A stretch of DNA of 64,000 bases, from positions 1 to 64,000 of the IMG/VR virus record IMGVR_UViG_3300025585_000041; one strand, given 5' to 3'. Source of the stretch: an uncultured virus (IMG/VR IMGVR_UViG_3300025585_000041). Taxonomy: Duplodnaviria > Heunggongvirae > Uroviricota > Caudoviricetes. Positions within the stretch are counted from its first letter, which is position 1. Each line of letters starts with the position of its first letter. The position numbers and the translations under genes were made by a program. This document shows, in pieces, positions 11,201-20,954 of the stretch. The notes under the pieces are model-generated. The model worked only from the letters and a program-made list of their open reading frames with translations, made no database searches and was not told the origin of the DNA.

Positions 11201-13225
11201 TTAAAAGAAGCAAAAACTTTATCTAAAGGAAATCAAATTAAAACTGATTTACAAGGTGATATTGATGCAGATAAGCAGACTGCTGCAGCAAGAGCAAATC
11301 TAGCAAAAGCAGCAAAAGCAAACAATTGGAGTTGGCTTGAAGCAGATGCAATCCTTAGTGACGATACATTAAGAGAGGCAATGGCAAATTGGGATAAACT
11401 TACAAAAGAACAAGCAGCAGTATTTAAAGAACGATTGCAACAAGTACTTAATTCTATAGAATTTAAAGAGTCAATATTTAATAAGGGTTTTGAAAAGGCT
11501 ATGGAAAAGTTTTCTGTTATGGAAACTAAGATTGAACTTGATTTTCAATTTACCACATTAAAAGATCAAGATATTATTGAAAAGGCTCAAGATAAAATTG
11601 CTGGAATTAATTATCAAATAGATGATTGGGAAGCAAGTCTCAAGGGTATAGAAGAACAAGAGCAAAAAATTAATGATAAGTATGACCTTAAATATAAAGC
11701 ATTAGATGAAATAAGAAGTTTAAATGATAAAATATCTAAACAACAAAAGGGACAACTTACACTTGCTGATGCATTGTCACAAGGAGATATTGCTGCTGCT
11801 GCAAGAGCAGCCCAAGACATAAGATCTCAACAAGCAACAGATGCAATAGATAATCAGCAAAAATTATTAGATGCTGCTAAAGAAAATGAATTAGCAAATA
11901 TAAGAAATGAAAAAGGTTATACTCGTGCACAAATAGAAGATCAGATTAAAAATTTACGTGATCAAATATTTAAGATAGAGGAACAGGAACTTGAACCAGC
12001 ACAAGAAAGAGTGCGTATCGAAGAAGCAAAAAAGAGAGAACTAATTCAATCACTTACAGTTCTTGGAAAAAGTAAATTAGAATGGGAAGCAATAAAAAAT
12101 AGAATAGATATTGCAAGAACATCTAGTGCAGAATATATGCAAGCAATTGCTGCAGCACTTACAGTTGTTGAAGATATTGTTAATTATTGGAATTCGCTTG
12201 ATGGAAAAATAATTACAACTACACATAAAATTATAACTATATATGAAAACGGAGGAACACCAGGACCAGGACCAGGACCAGGACCAGGACCAGGACCAGA
12301 GCCATGCCCTCCTGGACATATCATGAATGATGCTGGAAACTGTGTTCCAGTTGGCGGTGTAAGCGAATGTGGCCCAGGAATGGTTAAGGCAGATGACGGC
12401 AGATGTGTTCCTGCTGGATCATTTAATACAGATAATAGTGATGGTACAAGCAAAACTGATGGATCTGGAAATAACAATGATTCTACTGGTGATTCAAATA
12501 CAGATTATAGCGGAAGGTTAATTAATGGTTTTACTCCATATTTAATTGAAGCAAAAGAAGAATATGACAAAATTGTTGCAAAGTCATTAGCACCTGGAGC
12601 AACGCCAAGTGATTTCGGTCACGATCTAGCGTCTGCTGATCAAAAAGTTATAAATGCTTTAAACTTAGTTGACGCAAAAAATGAGTATAATAAAAAAGTA
12701 ACTCAAAGTTTAACTAAGGGTGCTACACCAAGCGATTTTGGTGCAGGACTAGCAGCATCAGATATGAAGGTTATTAATGCTGCGAATAAAGTTATAGCAT
12801 CATCTACTTCAGCAAATGCTGCTAAGGCTGCTGCTGATGCTGCTGCAAAGGCTAAGGCTGCTGCAGATATTAAAAAGTTTGGTGGAAATGCAATTGCAGC
12901 ATCTCAATTTGCTAACTGGCCTAGCGGTAAATCTTCTGGAGGGCTTATTAAAAGATTTGCTGTTGGTGGACCAGTTATAGGAACTGATGTTGTTCCTTCA
13001 ATGTTAACACCTGGAGAATTTATCATGAGCAAATATGCAGTAAATACGTATGGCGTAGATAAAATGAGAGCAATTAACAATGGCGATGTATCAGATGCTT
13101 CGGTGTATAATTATAGTATTGCTGTTAATGTAAAATCAGATGCAAATCCTGATGAAATTGCAAGGGCGGTAATGGGTCAAATTCGTCAAGTAGATTCAAA
13201 GAGATTAAGGAGCAGAGCAGTATAA
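5237..13225 (+). CDS. Tape measure protein (2662 aa)
   Basis: Very long Ala/Lys/Gln-rich helical ORF; TP901-type core (EGGINASEGANALKSGL, IEQLFGK); hydrophobic segments; two VPxMLTPGE motifs. Confidence 0.92.
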   Translation: MADVQSNIHVNIDTSEALASIKLLQKQISAFHTSMAKSGAAASAVSANMQQNLINSLNASGKWSASMRTVKTTTESFTNALEKNKLSMRDYYRYSMGATKTFGRLFSSEFDTISKVARERVKDLQTQYIKLGRDANGAMRAIAIRPLALDMQNYGTQTAIASQRQALLNQLMKQGATNMLNFGKNTQWAGRQLMVGFTIPLTYLGTAAAKTFMQLEEQAIRFKRVYGEMFTTGAETEKMLSDIQILAKQFTKYGVAVEKTMEMAATAAAQGKMGAELLAQVNEATRLSVLGGVEQEQSLETTISLTNAFGLSAEKLAQKINFLNAVENQTVVSIEDLTVAIPKAGPVVKQLGGDVEDLAFFLTAMKEGGINASEGANALKSGLASLINPTDKASQMLADMGINLKGIVETNKGNVKQVVLDFAAALNTLDPLNRAKAIEQLFGKFQFARLSTLFQNVIQQGNQASRVLKLTQATTEELAILSERELSKVEESTTYKFKKTIEDLKVSLAPVGEQFLKAITPIAEFIGKVLEKFNNLGDGTKKFVVILTTLLGGIGPILLMTFGLLANGLANIIKLFVSMKSIFNRAGQSSNTLGEQTQYLTSEQAEAASVAASLNQIHTRLQQTFTSETSALNALISAYQRAIAAQRGFSGPIIGGGKRAKFASGTTKVRPFYFARGTDTVPAMLTPGEAVIPAGPAQDPRNKPAIKHMIAGGTMEYLSEGVGSVVEKKLRRIGSGSEGRVGKSGTTVPIPYKLNVSNSGGAVPFTSINPASMVNLTSIYAKDIAKAAKISVTSINKEIKEWQIANKKAIDVATEAVQKGIPAEKAFGNLMEKFNADMKRAGGPVSKFADAARKMAPMLQQDLIQAQNEARRLGLNVKNAADATALAGKLPNNIVAQSITKPGNFQGLSKARGAGISMFGGAAGLPQYGIPRFMLTPGIAPASPAYLAGTSQEHFGQTKQEQAARAANREQRIKLRVGTNLGKQTAQHLVNGLEQGLRAELQSASPSKRMQKIGQDAGRGLIIGAQEYVDDARVAGQQIGVAATQGVMSQAQMAAASRASLYGGGPIDASQKSLRRQLQKQARIAELAQKKPLSQSTIMPMVAGAGTAKPTVAGKFSNWRQNKIEQQRLAKAERGSRPGVSMGGVGMGLSMAAMAGSMVPGKVGDVSQKLMMPLMMLTMIGPMLQTPIGALMVSIGAMAAGIIKLRMEFDKAQDSSIKLRESLSASKDSMRNLAKFSGNVTAGEIMDRRRDQKFGLVGAKPGKTTFGEAYVSSKEGKTVMDATVESLKTRGVKATGGDLTNQLVSSVLAGALSAEQAKSIALNIGQKTGNYGLGFSVTAQINQLIGPNGENLEKDPLEIRMKLIEQTEGQNKQLFQQMQEKGGRGGFLNMGALNPNVAMGGMTAAGAGLGAAIGTAILPGIGTIVGTGLGAIAGAVGGYFSQRGANERNGKLSGAVVASQRAQMEQQKEMLDSLDLYYQKKIKELEIEGKITEAKALQKKYDEDRNKLVEKGAQLNKDIMTNYGATKGNVRSAMDTGIDKLLTQRYKNSDEIQYLDAAKTLLSESQLTKEQQYLIKVKMSTGELTPSQQMFLFSNFGNDKNVQQQYMDIITRFSATTADDATRVMGMFSNPDGTPNKELQTKFLASVATKKDDKEASKYIDFFAEVANTNGVFDMTAILNFYMKNPEMQAKTQEIIDNIDKNKGKLTLDVMTNFLPENVMGSIDKAYFEKLSQDERITYLKEIATIVNVPDPVIQADPEFIKWQKEGALYNGVSYSGKSIGEQIAAYRQFQPWKVTQESIAQASATPAKTTSGGGKVDSSPLDDIVKKLRDVRKNQIKVTEGWSASMKTLDQLFGGKKRLEMFSGIEQDLAKLGAKGNFIELIVGMDPKEYEKRKNQLFKFDNNNNIIGLKKDAKTIQEALNAVVAGDYASQMIQLKQEIADQSAAYDILTKAGLSYADTQELIADKAFAAMIASEGNTKAAQKLIKLLKEAKTLSKGNQIKTDLQGDIDADKQTAAARANLAKAAKANNWSWLEADAILSDDTLREAMANWDKLTKEQAAVFKERLQQVLNSIEFKESIFNKGFEKAMEKFSVMETKIELDFQFTTLKDQDIIEKAQDKIAGINYQIDDWEASLKGIEEQEQKINDKYDLKYKALDEIRSLNDKISKQQKGQLTLADALSQGDIAAAARAAQDIRSQQATDAIDNQQKLLDAAKENELANIRNEKGYTRAQIEDQIKNLRDQIFKIEEQELEPAQERVRIEEAKKRELIQSLTVLGKSKLEWEAIKNRIDIARTSSAEYMQAIAAALTVVEDIVNYWNSLDGKIITTTHKIITIYENGGTPGPGPGPGPGPGPEPCPPGHIMNDAGNCVPVGGVSECGPGMVKADDGRCVPAGSFNTDNSDGTSKTDGSGNNNDSTGDSNTDYSGRLINGFTPYLIEAKEEYDKIVAKSLAPGATPSDFGHDLASADQKVINALNLVDAKNEYNKKVTQSLTKGATPSDFGAGLAASDMKVINAANKVIASSTSANAAKAAADAAAKAKAAADIKKFGGNAIAASQFANWPSGKSSGGLIKRFAVGGPVIGTDVVPSMLTPGEFIMSKYAVNTYGVDKMRAINNGDVSDASVYNYSIAVNVKSDANPDEIARAVMGQIRQVDSKRLRSRAV
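12260..12300 (+). repeat. (CCAGGA)x6 perfect tandem repeat encoding (Pro-Gly)6
   Basis: Read directly in sequence. Confidence 0.95.
12551..12781 (+). repeat. Two 41-aa internal repeats in tape measure C-terminus
   Basis: AKEEYDKIVAKSLAPGATPSDFGHDLASADQKVINA vs AKNEYNKKVTQSLTKGATPSDFGAGLAASDMKVINA, 123 nt apart. Confidence 0.85.
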
Positions 13226-13899
13226 TGGCTACAGTAAATTACATAACTGGTAGAAGAAGGTACCAAAGACCTCAAGCAATGCTCTGGGCAAACAATTCTG
13301 GAACTTTAGCAGAAACAAGTCCTGGTGGCTCAAAAATATATGTTCCAAATGGTTTGGAAATAGGACAAGATCCTGGAAGCGAAACTGATGAATCTCTTTA
13401 TAATCAATTTATTATTTTATCTGATGACAATAGACAAGAAATAGATTTTAGACCTGTAAGAATTGAAAAACGTGAAAGAATGATTAATGGAAGAATGAGA
13501 TCTTATCATATAGCAGATAAATTACAAATAAGTACATCATGGCAAATGCTTCCATCCAGATCATATTTTCAGGTAGCAGAATTTAATGCTACTACTGGAA
13601 AATCTCCTCATATTAATGACAATAATTTAGAGTTTACAACAGATGGTGGTGCTGGAGGAGTAGAAATTTTAGATTGGTATGAAAATCATAAGGGACCATT
13701 CTGGGTTTATTTAGCATATGATAAATATAAAAATTTTAAAAATGACAATGGTGATATTGACAATAATTCTTATGCACATCTTCCACAATATAATCAATTA
13801 ATAGAAATGTATTTTACAGATTTTAACTATAGCATCGTAAAAAGAGGCGGTAGTAATTTTGACTTTTGGAACATAAGCGTAACGCTGGAAGAGGTATAA
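13225..13899 (+). CDS. Putative distal tail (Dit-like) protein
   Basis: Follows tape measure; ends WNISVTLEEV. Confidence 0.6.
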   Translation: MATVNYITGRRRYQRPQAMLWANNSGTLAETSPGGSKIYVPNGLEIGQDPGSETDESLYNQFIILSDDNRQEIDFRPVRIEKRERMINGRMRSYHIADKLQISTSWQMLPSRSYFQVAEFNATTGKSPHINDNNLEFTTDGGAGGVEILDWYENHKGPFWVYLAYDKYKNFKNDNGDIDNNSYAHLPQYNQLIEMYFTDFNYSIVKRGGSNFDFWNISVTLEEV

Positions 13900-16800
13900 T
13901 GTTTCAAAATGAAGATTTAAAGTTACATCTTGAGTCATCAAATACAATAAAGACTCAATCTGCAGTAATTGCAGAATGGAATATGAATATAGCAGATAAC
14001 ATTTTTAGAATTGGAAATTATAGATACAGACCAACGTTATCTGTTTCTGAAAAATATAAATTAATACCAAATAGTTTTGATCAAAACGATATAGGTAATT
14101 TTTATACTAATGCTACTGATGCTGATATTAAAATAGATGGTGGTATTGATCCATCTGATAATGAACAGCCATGGTTTTTATTATCTCAAAATATAAAAAA
14201 TAAAATGATTTATTCATTAGAAGATTGTTTTAAAAAATTTAGGCCAAGGTCAGGTATAAATAAGGCAACATATATTCCAGGGAAAAAAGTTCATCACTCA
14301 AATATGAATATGTCTAATAGACCTAGATATTACATGGCAGACAAAAATGATAATTTTAAATATTGGACATCCTATAGAACAGAATCTGGATCAGTATTTG
14401 GTATAGCAAATAAACAATTAAATGGTCAATATTTTATAGATGATGCATGTCCTTTTGTTGTATATAATAGTCCAGTACCAACAAATAGGATAGTTGTTAA
14501 AATGCAAACTAATGTTGGATCTATTGACCTTGGTCCTTTTTCTGGACCTGGAGGATCTTTTACAGATCCATTATACGGTGATGCAAATAAGTCAACACCA
14601 GTTAAATGGAAAATACAATATTTAAAACAAAATGACTGGATTGACGCTGTATCATTTGAATCAAATTCCAGAAGAAAAGATGGAACAGCAATTATAAAAT
14701 CAGATGGCTATGTTGAACTTGCCTATGGTTTAAAGGTACCAGATAAGTATAGGGATGTTTTTATTCGTGCTGAAGAATATTATAATGAATCATTTTTACC
14801 AAAAGAATCTATAAATGGATATGCTTATTTAATAAAACAAGATAAAAATGACATAGGTATTTATCATATATGGTTTAACGGTGGTTGGGAAACATTCACC
14901 CCGTCCTATGGCTGGTATTTAGAAGAGGAAACTGTCACAAGATTAACAAACTTTGTTACTGATTTAACTGACCCAATTACCTTTATTTCAAATAATGAAA
15001 ATAAAACTGTATATAGAGAGTTTGAAAATATTAAAGGAATAAGAATTGTGGTAGACACAATGAATAAAGTTAACTCTACTTTTGACTTGATTGAAATGTC
15101 ACCTAGATTAGTTGCAGATATTTCTGAAAAGGTTACTGGATTTTCTGTAAAAAAGTCTGCTTCAGATTTAGGTACAAGCGGATTACCAGTCGGACAACTC
15201 TTAGCATCCGTCGGCAATCTTAATATATTTGATTATGATGATGCATTTAATGAAAATAATACTGGAAGTATTATTCATAAATATTTATCTAATAACATAC
15301 AAATTAAATTTTATGACATAATAATCGATGTTGATGGCTATGACTATTTAGTTCCAATAAAAACATTATATTGTGATGCTTTTCCAAAGTACAACCCTAA
15401 TGATAAAAAGGTAAATCTTGAATTAAGAGATTTATATTTTTATTTTGAATCAATACTTGCACCACAAATGCTGGTTACAAATGTTTCTTTAAGTTACGCA
15501 GTATCTTTATTATTAGACTCTATAGGTTTTTCAAACTATACTTTTAAAAGAGTAGATGGAGAAAAAGAACTAGTAATTCCATTTTTTTATATTGGACCAG
15601 ATAAAACAGTTGCATCTGTATTAAATGATCTTGCTATCTCAACACAAACAGCAATGTTTTTTGACGAGTATAATAATTTTGTAATGATGAGTAAAAATTA
15701 TATGATCCCATCATCTTCACAAAGACAAAAGTCTTTTACCTTTTATGGCTCTAAAGATTTTACTAAAGATGCTGCAATAGAAAATAAAAGTATTAATACA
15801 AAACTTACAAACATAATAGATATTGCATCTACTGATAAAAGTGTATTTAATGATGGGAAAATTAATTATAAATCCAGATATATACAAAGATCATATGGAA
15901 CAATTAAACAAGCAAGTATGGTAGACAATGAAGCATCTGCAAAAAATTGGATATATAAGCCAGTTCTTTTATGGGAAGTAACTGGAGAAAATTCTTTACG
16001 ATCAATTAACGGAGAAGCGCAGAGTCAGTCAGCGTATAGTTTATCTGCTATTCCGTTAAACTCTGACCTGTCATCCTCTTTACCAATAGTCGTAGGTAAT
16101 CAATTAACAAATAATACTATTGATTTAGGAGAAGCAGTTTATTGGTTAAGCAGACATTCTGGATATTTTTATACAAATGGAGAAATAATAAGATTTGATG
16201 CAGTTCAATATAGTATACCTGGAGCAGAAAAAATAATTGCAAGAGAGGAAAGTAATGGCAAGGTTACTTTTACAACTACGACTACTGGTGCTATAGGAAA
16301 TGTTTGGATAAGTAGCAATCAAGAATATCAAGATTATTTATCAAAACTTACATTTAATGGAAAAATATATCCTACAGGACTTGTTAGAATTTACTCAGAA
16401 CCAAAATACGAAGAAATTAATGGAATAACTGTTATGAAGAATGGCGAGGTATCTAGACACGGTAGAGGTCAATTCGGTACCCCAGTATTATCTCACAAGG
16501 CTGGACTAGACACATATTGGACAGATAATACATATGTACGTGGAATGGATATGAAAAGTGAATTTTTGTTTGGTTTAGAGTACATTGGACAAACTCAAGA
16601 TCAAATAGTAGAAGGTGTTGGCGAACAACTTTCAGAATCACCAGCAGGAGTTAATAATACAAAATCAAAAGAAAACAAGAGAACTGGTATTATAAAAAAC
16701 TTTTTGTCTACATCTTTTACAAAAGAAACTCAAAATAATACTATAAAATCTACCCAAACAGGATCAATACAATCATCTGCTCTAGTTATGAATGGACCAT

Positions 16801-18299
16801 CTTTTTCAACAACCGAAACTCCTATTAACTTTTTGTCATATCAATATAAAGCATTAGACAATAGATACAAGCACTTCGGCACCAGAATGAGAATAGTTGG
16901 GAAAATAGAAGCAAGTGAAACACGTGGACAAACACCATTAAACTCAACTCCATATTATGTATTACCAGGATCTCAGCCAAATCAAAGTTTAAATATATCT
17001 GGTGGTTCTGGAGGTATATCTGTACTATTAAATCCAAATACTAATGTCGGATATTATTTTGAAATTATTTCATTAACAGAAAATAATGTTAGTGAATATT
17101 CTTCTGCTGCAGAAAATTTGCATAATGTTGTGTTTTATAAAATATTGGCTGATGAAAGTGGTAACGCTATACCAATTAAACTTTGGGGCGGGTTTACAAA
17201 CATACTAGTTGATGATGGAAACTTTACTGGACAATCAAGATTAATGGGAGAAGAAAATCCAACTGTATATGATTTAGCAGTTGAATATCAAGATCTAGGT
17301 TCCGTAAGACAATTTTATTTATATATAAATAATCAGATAGTTGGAATTGTAGATGATAACAATCCAACGCCAGCATATAATAATATGGCTTTATTTGTTC
17401 GTGGTGGGTCTAAGTGTATGTTTGAAAATATATATGCATTAACAAATAATTATAGTCAGAATACAGTATTTGCTTTGGATACTCCAGTGTCTGCTGCATT
17501 TACAGATAATGAAATTAATGCTAATGAATCATTTAGAAAGTATGCTATGTCTGGAGTTATACAGTCAACATATTTATCTGGAATTAGTTCAAGTCAACCA
17601 CCTAAATTTAATATGTATTTTGAAGAATTTGGAAGCATAATGAGAGAGGCAGCATATCTTAAAGTTAGATATGATAAAGCATATCCAGCATTATATGCAC
17701 AACTATCTCCAACGTTTAACAGAATTAAGGGATATACCGTTTCTGGTTTTAGGGCTGGATCCTACGGTGCTGAATTTTTAATATTTAATTCAACAGATAC
17801 AACAATTAATTTGGACGAAACAAGCGGAAATTATTTAAGAATTCAAGGAATTACATTTACACAACAATCAGAAAATGAACTTACTGTTGATAATTATTTT
17901 ACTAAAAACAGCAATTTTTCTGACCCGCAAATAGGTAAAGATGGATTAATAATTTCGCCAATAAGAGCAGAACAAGATTATGATAAAATAAAAACAAGTA
18001 GATTGACATATGGAAGAAAAGAATTTGCAATTGATTCTCCATACATTCAGTCAGAAGATGATGCAAGAGATTTGATGTCCTGGATTATTGAAAAAATTAT
18101 GAAGCCTAGAAAGAGTGTAGGGGTAAAAGTTTTTAGTATGCCAATAGTACAACTAGGCGATATAGTTAATATAGAATATAAAAATGAAAACAACATAGAT
18201 GTTGTCTCTCCATCTTCATCAAATTTTGTTGTATATAATATAGATTATCAAAAGGATATAAATGGTCCTAGTATGACATTATATTTGAGTGAGGTGTAA
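13899..18299 (+). CDS. Large tail-tip/baseplate hub protein
   Basis: TAATG-coupled ATG with GAGG RBS; AMFFDEYNNFV and PIVQLGDIVNI hub-like motifs. Confidence 0.65.
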   Translation: MFQNEDLKLHLESSNTIKTQSAVIAEWNMNIADNIFRIGNYRYRPTLSVSEKYKLIPNSFDQNDIGNFYTNATDADIKIDGGIDPSDNEQPWFLLSQNIKNKMIYSLEDCFKKFRPRSGINKATYIPGKKVHHSNMNMSNRPRYYMADKNDNFKYWTSYRTESGSVFGIANKQLNGQYFIDDACPFVVYNSPVPTNRIVVKMQTNVGSIDLGPFSGPGGSFTDPLYGDANKSTPVKWKIQYLKQNDWIDAVSFESNSRRKDGTAIIKSDGYVELAYGLKVPDKYRDVFIRAEEYYNESFLPKESINGYAYLIKQDKNDIGIYHIWFNGGWETFTPSYGWYLEEETVTRLTNFVTDLTDPITFISNNENKTVYREFENIKGIRIVVDTMNKVNSTFDLIEMSPRLVADISEKVTGFSVKKSASDLGTSGLPVGQLLASVGNLNIFDYDDAFNENNTGSIIHKYLSNNIQIKFYDIIIDVDGYDYLVPIKTLYCDAFPKYNPNDKKVNLELRDLYFYFESILAPQMLVTNVSLSYAVSLLLDSIGFSNYTFKRVDGEKELVIPFFYIGPDKTVASVLNDLAISTQTAMFFDEYNNFVMMSKNYMIPSSSQRQKSFTFYGSKDFTKDAAIENKSINTKLTNIIDIASTDKSVFNDGKINYKSRYIQRSYGTIKQASMVDNEASAKNWIYKPVLLWEVTGENSLRSINGEAQSQSAYSLSAIPLNSDLSSSLPIVVGNQLTNNTIDLGEAVYWLSRHSGYFYTNGEIIRFDAVQYSIPGAEKIIAREESNGKVTFTTTTTGAIGNVWISSNQEYQDYLSKLTFNGKIYPTGLVRIYSEPKYEEINGITVMKNGEVSRHGRGQFGTPVLSHKAGLDTYWTDNTYVRGMDMKSEFLFGLEYIGQTQDQIVEGVGEQLSESPAGVNNTKSKENKRTGIIKNFLSTSFTKETQNNTIKSTQTGSIQSSALVMNGPSFSTTETPINFLSYQYKALDNRYKHFGTRMRIVGKIEASETRGQTPLNSTPYYVLPGSQPNQSLNISGGSGGISVLLNPNTNVGYYFEIISLTENNVSEYSSAAENLHNVVFYKILADESGNAIPIKLWGGFTNILVDDGNFTGQSRLMGEENPTVYDLAVEYQDLGSVRQFYLYINNQIVGIVDDNNPTPAYNNMALFVRGGSKCMFENIYALTNNYSQNTVFALDTPVSAAFTDNEINANESFRKYAMSGVIQSTYLSGISSSQPPKFNMYFEEFGSIMREAAYLKVRYDKAYPALYAQLSPTFNRIKGYTVSGFRAGSYGAEFLIFNSTDTTINLDETSGNYLRIQGITFTQQSENELTVDNYFTKNSNFSDPQIGKDGLIISPIRAEQDYDKIKTSRLTYGRKEFAIDSPYIQSEDDARDLMSWIIEKIMKPRKSVGVKVFSMPIVQLGDIVNIEYKNENNIDVVSPSSSNFVVYNIDYQKDINGPSMTLYLSEV

Positions 18300-18300
18300 A

Positions 18301-18939
18301 ATGGTATATTTTACTGGAGATGGAAAAATTGTATATGATGATTATCCAATAGCGCCTACACATGAACAAAAAATGTCTTGGAAGTTTGGTAGTGATAAAA
18401 GAGTTACTAGTCAAGAGCAATTAGATGAATATGGAGATTATATAAGTGGTCTTAATGCAATACCAGATGATCCAACAGTTTTATATCCAAATGGTTTGGT
18501 AAATAAAGATGTTAAGCCAGCGACTACAGATATTATATTATTTAAAGATGATACTCTTCCAATAGAAATAATGACTGACCTTATATTTGAAAATATAGGT
18601 GGTCAAGAATTAATTAATATTGTAAGATCTGATTTAGTAAACGGTCAAAATATTTTATATCAACCAATTAAAAATCTTAGCAGCATATATTTTCAATATA
18701 ATCCACAAAATATACTTGGTTTACAAGATATAGATGCTAATTATTTTAAGCAGTTTCCTATTAATTTTTCAAGTAAAGTTCCTTTATGTGGTACTGGGCC
18801 TAACTGTTCTATTGTATATATAGACGAATCTACAGGGGATTTAATTATTAATGTTATAAATTTAGCAAAAGATGAACAAGTAGAAATATCCATAATTTCT
18901 AATGGGGAGGTATTAGATGATACAATATATGAGGTGTAA
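18301..18939 (+). CDS. Putative minor tail protein
   Basis: GAGGTG RBS before ATG 18301; position. Confidence 0.55.
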   Translation: MVYFTGDGKIVYDDYPIAPTHEQKMSWKFGSDKRVTSQEQLDEYGDYISGLNAIPDDPTVLYPNGLVNKDVKPATTDIILFKDDTLPIEIMTDLIFENIGGQELINIVRSDLVNGQNILYQPIKNLSSIYFQYNPQNILGLQDIDANYFKQFPINFSSKVPLCGTGPNCSIVYIDESTGDLIINVINLAKDEQVEISIISNGEVLDDTIYEV

Positions 18940-18941
18940 TT

Positions 18942-20054
18942 ATGATAACTAATATTGGAAAAGGCATTATTGCAAAATATCTGATAGGACAGGCTCCTGC
19001 TTATGCGTCCTATATAGCAATTGGTTGCGGTGCAAAGCCATTAAATACAGCACAAGCATTTGGAGACTATACGGATAAAGAGGTTTTAGATTTTGAGATG
19101 TTCCGTGTACCTATCATTTCTAGAGGATATGTAAATGATAATGGAGTTGAAAAAATAGTTTTAACTGCAGAATTGCCAACAGATGAAAGATATGAAATAT
19201 CAGAAGTTGGAATATATTCTGCTGGAGCAAACCCGTCTGCTGGAGCATATGACTCAAGATCTTTATTTGCTTTTACTGTAAATGAAAACTGGGAATATCA
19301 TGATCAACTAGGAAACGCTGGAGCATTAGATATTATTTATGAACCACTAGGAGAAAATAATACTATAGATCAAACACAAAAAGCCTTTCAAACAAACTCC
19401 GATAATTTAGTTTTTACAGATTCTGCAAGAGTTTTGAGATATGAAAGGGCAAGATTTTTCAATAACATTGTTATGATGAGGGGTGATTCTGCAGATTTAG
19501 GAATTTCTTCAAATCACTTATCAATAGGAGAAGGCTCTGCACATATACACCTTGCTGGAACCGCATTAGACTTTAATAAAAATTCACCTACAGATCAAAT
19601 TAAATTAGCCTTTAGTGTTATCAATAAAGATCCAGATGGAGCAATTGTTCCAGACAAGGTTAGAATATTATTAGAGTTTGCAGAATCAGATGCTCCAGGA
19701 GTTAATGAATGGGCAAGGTTTGAAGTCGTTATGGATGCAAACGACTATGATTTTGAAAATAATAGGTATTATGTAATAACGAAACAACTACAAGAACTAT
19801 ATAAAAGTTCTGGTTTTACTTGGAATAACGTTTCAATAGTTAAGATTTATACAACTGTTATAAAAGATAATGAACCTTCTGAAAACTTTTATATAGGATT
19901 AGATGCAATTAGGTTTGAAAATATATCAACTACTAATCCAATATATGGTTTAACGGGATATACAGTATTAAAAAATACCAATGCTGAAACCGTTATTAAA
20001 GAAGCCAATACAACAAATTATATAGAATTTAGATTTGCAATGGATGTGCAATAA
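18942..20054 (+). CDS. Putative minor tail/baseplate protein
   Basis: MITNIGK...YIAIGCG...ISEVGIY pattern common in tail fibre attachment proteins. Confidence 0.6.
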   Translation: MITNIGKGIIAKYLIGQAPAYASYIAIGCGAKPLNTAQAFGDYTDKEVLDFEMFRVPIISRGYVNDNGVEKIVLTAELPTDERYEISEVGIYSAGANPSAGAYDSRSLFAFTVNENWEYHDQLGNAGALDIIYEPLGENNTIDQTQKAFQTNSDNLVFTDSARVLRYERARFFNNIVMMRGDSADLGISSNHLSIGEGSAHIHLAGTALDFNKNSPTDQIKLAFSVINKDPDGAIVPDKVRILLEFAESDAPGVNEWARFEVVMDANDYDFENNRYYVITKQLQELYKSSGFTWNNVSIVKIYTTVIKDNEPSENFYIGLDAIRFENISTTNPIYGLTGYTVLKNTNAETVIKEANTTNYIEFRFAMDVQ

Positions 20055-20494
20055 TGTCTAGTCCAGATCAAGGAATAAAAAAAGTTATTATTCCAAAATC
20101 TAAACTTCCAGGTTTTTTTGGCAACAATAAAACATACGTTTTACGATATAGATTTATTTCAGAAGATAAAAATAGAACATCTCACTGGTCTCCAGTTTAT
20201 AAAATAATTGCTGAAGATACACCAGTAGAAATTTTAAATAGTATGGTAATAGATACTAATAACCGTGTTATTAATTTAACATGGGAACCTCAGTTAAATA
20301 TAGGAGAATATCACTTATATGTTAAATGGAATAATCTAGATTGGCAATATTATGGCAAAACATCTCAGACAAATTATTCAATTGTTTATTCTTCAGATAA
20401 AGAGTATATTAATGTTGCTGTTCAGACAAACACAATTCCACTTGAAAGATTTCAAAATGCAACATTATTTGAAAATGAAGGAAGTCTGATATAA
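20054..20494 (+). CDS. Putative minor tail protein (FN3-like beta fold)
   Basis: YVLRYR..SHWSP, INLTWEP pattern; position. Confidence 0.5.
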   Translation: MSSPDQGIKKVIIPKSKLPGFFGNNKTYVLRYRFISEDKNRTSHWSPVYKIIAEDTPVEILNSMVIDTNNRVINLTWEPQLNIGEYHLYVKWNNLDWQYYGKTSQTNYSIVYSSDKEYINVAVQTNTIPLERFQNATLFENEGSLI

Positions 20495-20510
20495 TTAGAC
20501 AGGAGGAAAT

Positions 20511-20954
20511 ATGGCAAAAATACCTTTACCAGAACTAGGTCAACCGCTTGACGTTTCATATATATATCAAATTGCAAATGCAATTAACGAGTTATCATTA
20601 CAGATTTCTCCAGCAATATATAAATATGTTACAGTGGATGTCCCTAATGGAGTATCACAAAATGCAAAGGCATCTGAAACAAGAATAATTGCAGGCTATA
20701 CAGATGTTGTAAAAAGTTCTAATCAGAGTATCGGAAGCCAGCAACCTTTTTCGTATAACTTTCCCGCAGATTTTAAATTTGCCCCAATTGTTACAGCAAG
20801 TCCAATTAATATTGGCGGAACAGAAGCAGGAAAAAATGTTTCGGTAGTAATAAAAAGTATTACTACATCAAAGGTAGATGGCGTTGTTAATTTTAATTCT
20901 AGTGGAGATGTATCCATTGGTATTAATTTAATTATTGTCGGCATACCCAATTAA
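20511..20954 (+). CDS. Putative tail fibre tip / lectin-like protein
   Basis: FP..FKFAPIVTASP motif; AGGAGG RBS; TGATATAAT at 20487-20495. Confidence 0.5.
   Translation: MAKIPLPELGQPLDVSYIYQIANAINELSLQISPAIYKYVTVDVPNGVSQNAKASETRIIAGYTDVVKSSNQSIGSQQPFSYNFPADFKFAPIVTASPINIGGTEAGKNVSVVIKSITTSKVDGVVNFNSSGDVSIGINLIIVGIPN

Noticed and set aside
12260..12300. Collagen-like repeat
   Set aside because: Period is two residues (PG), not Gly-X-Y
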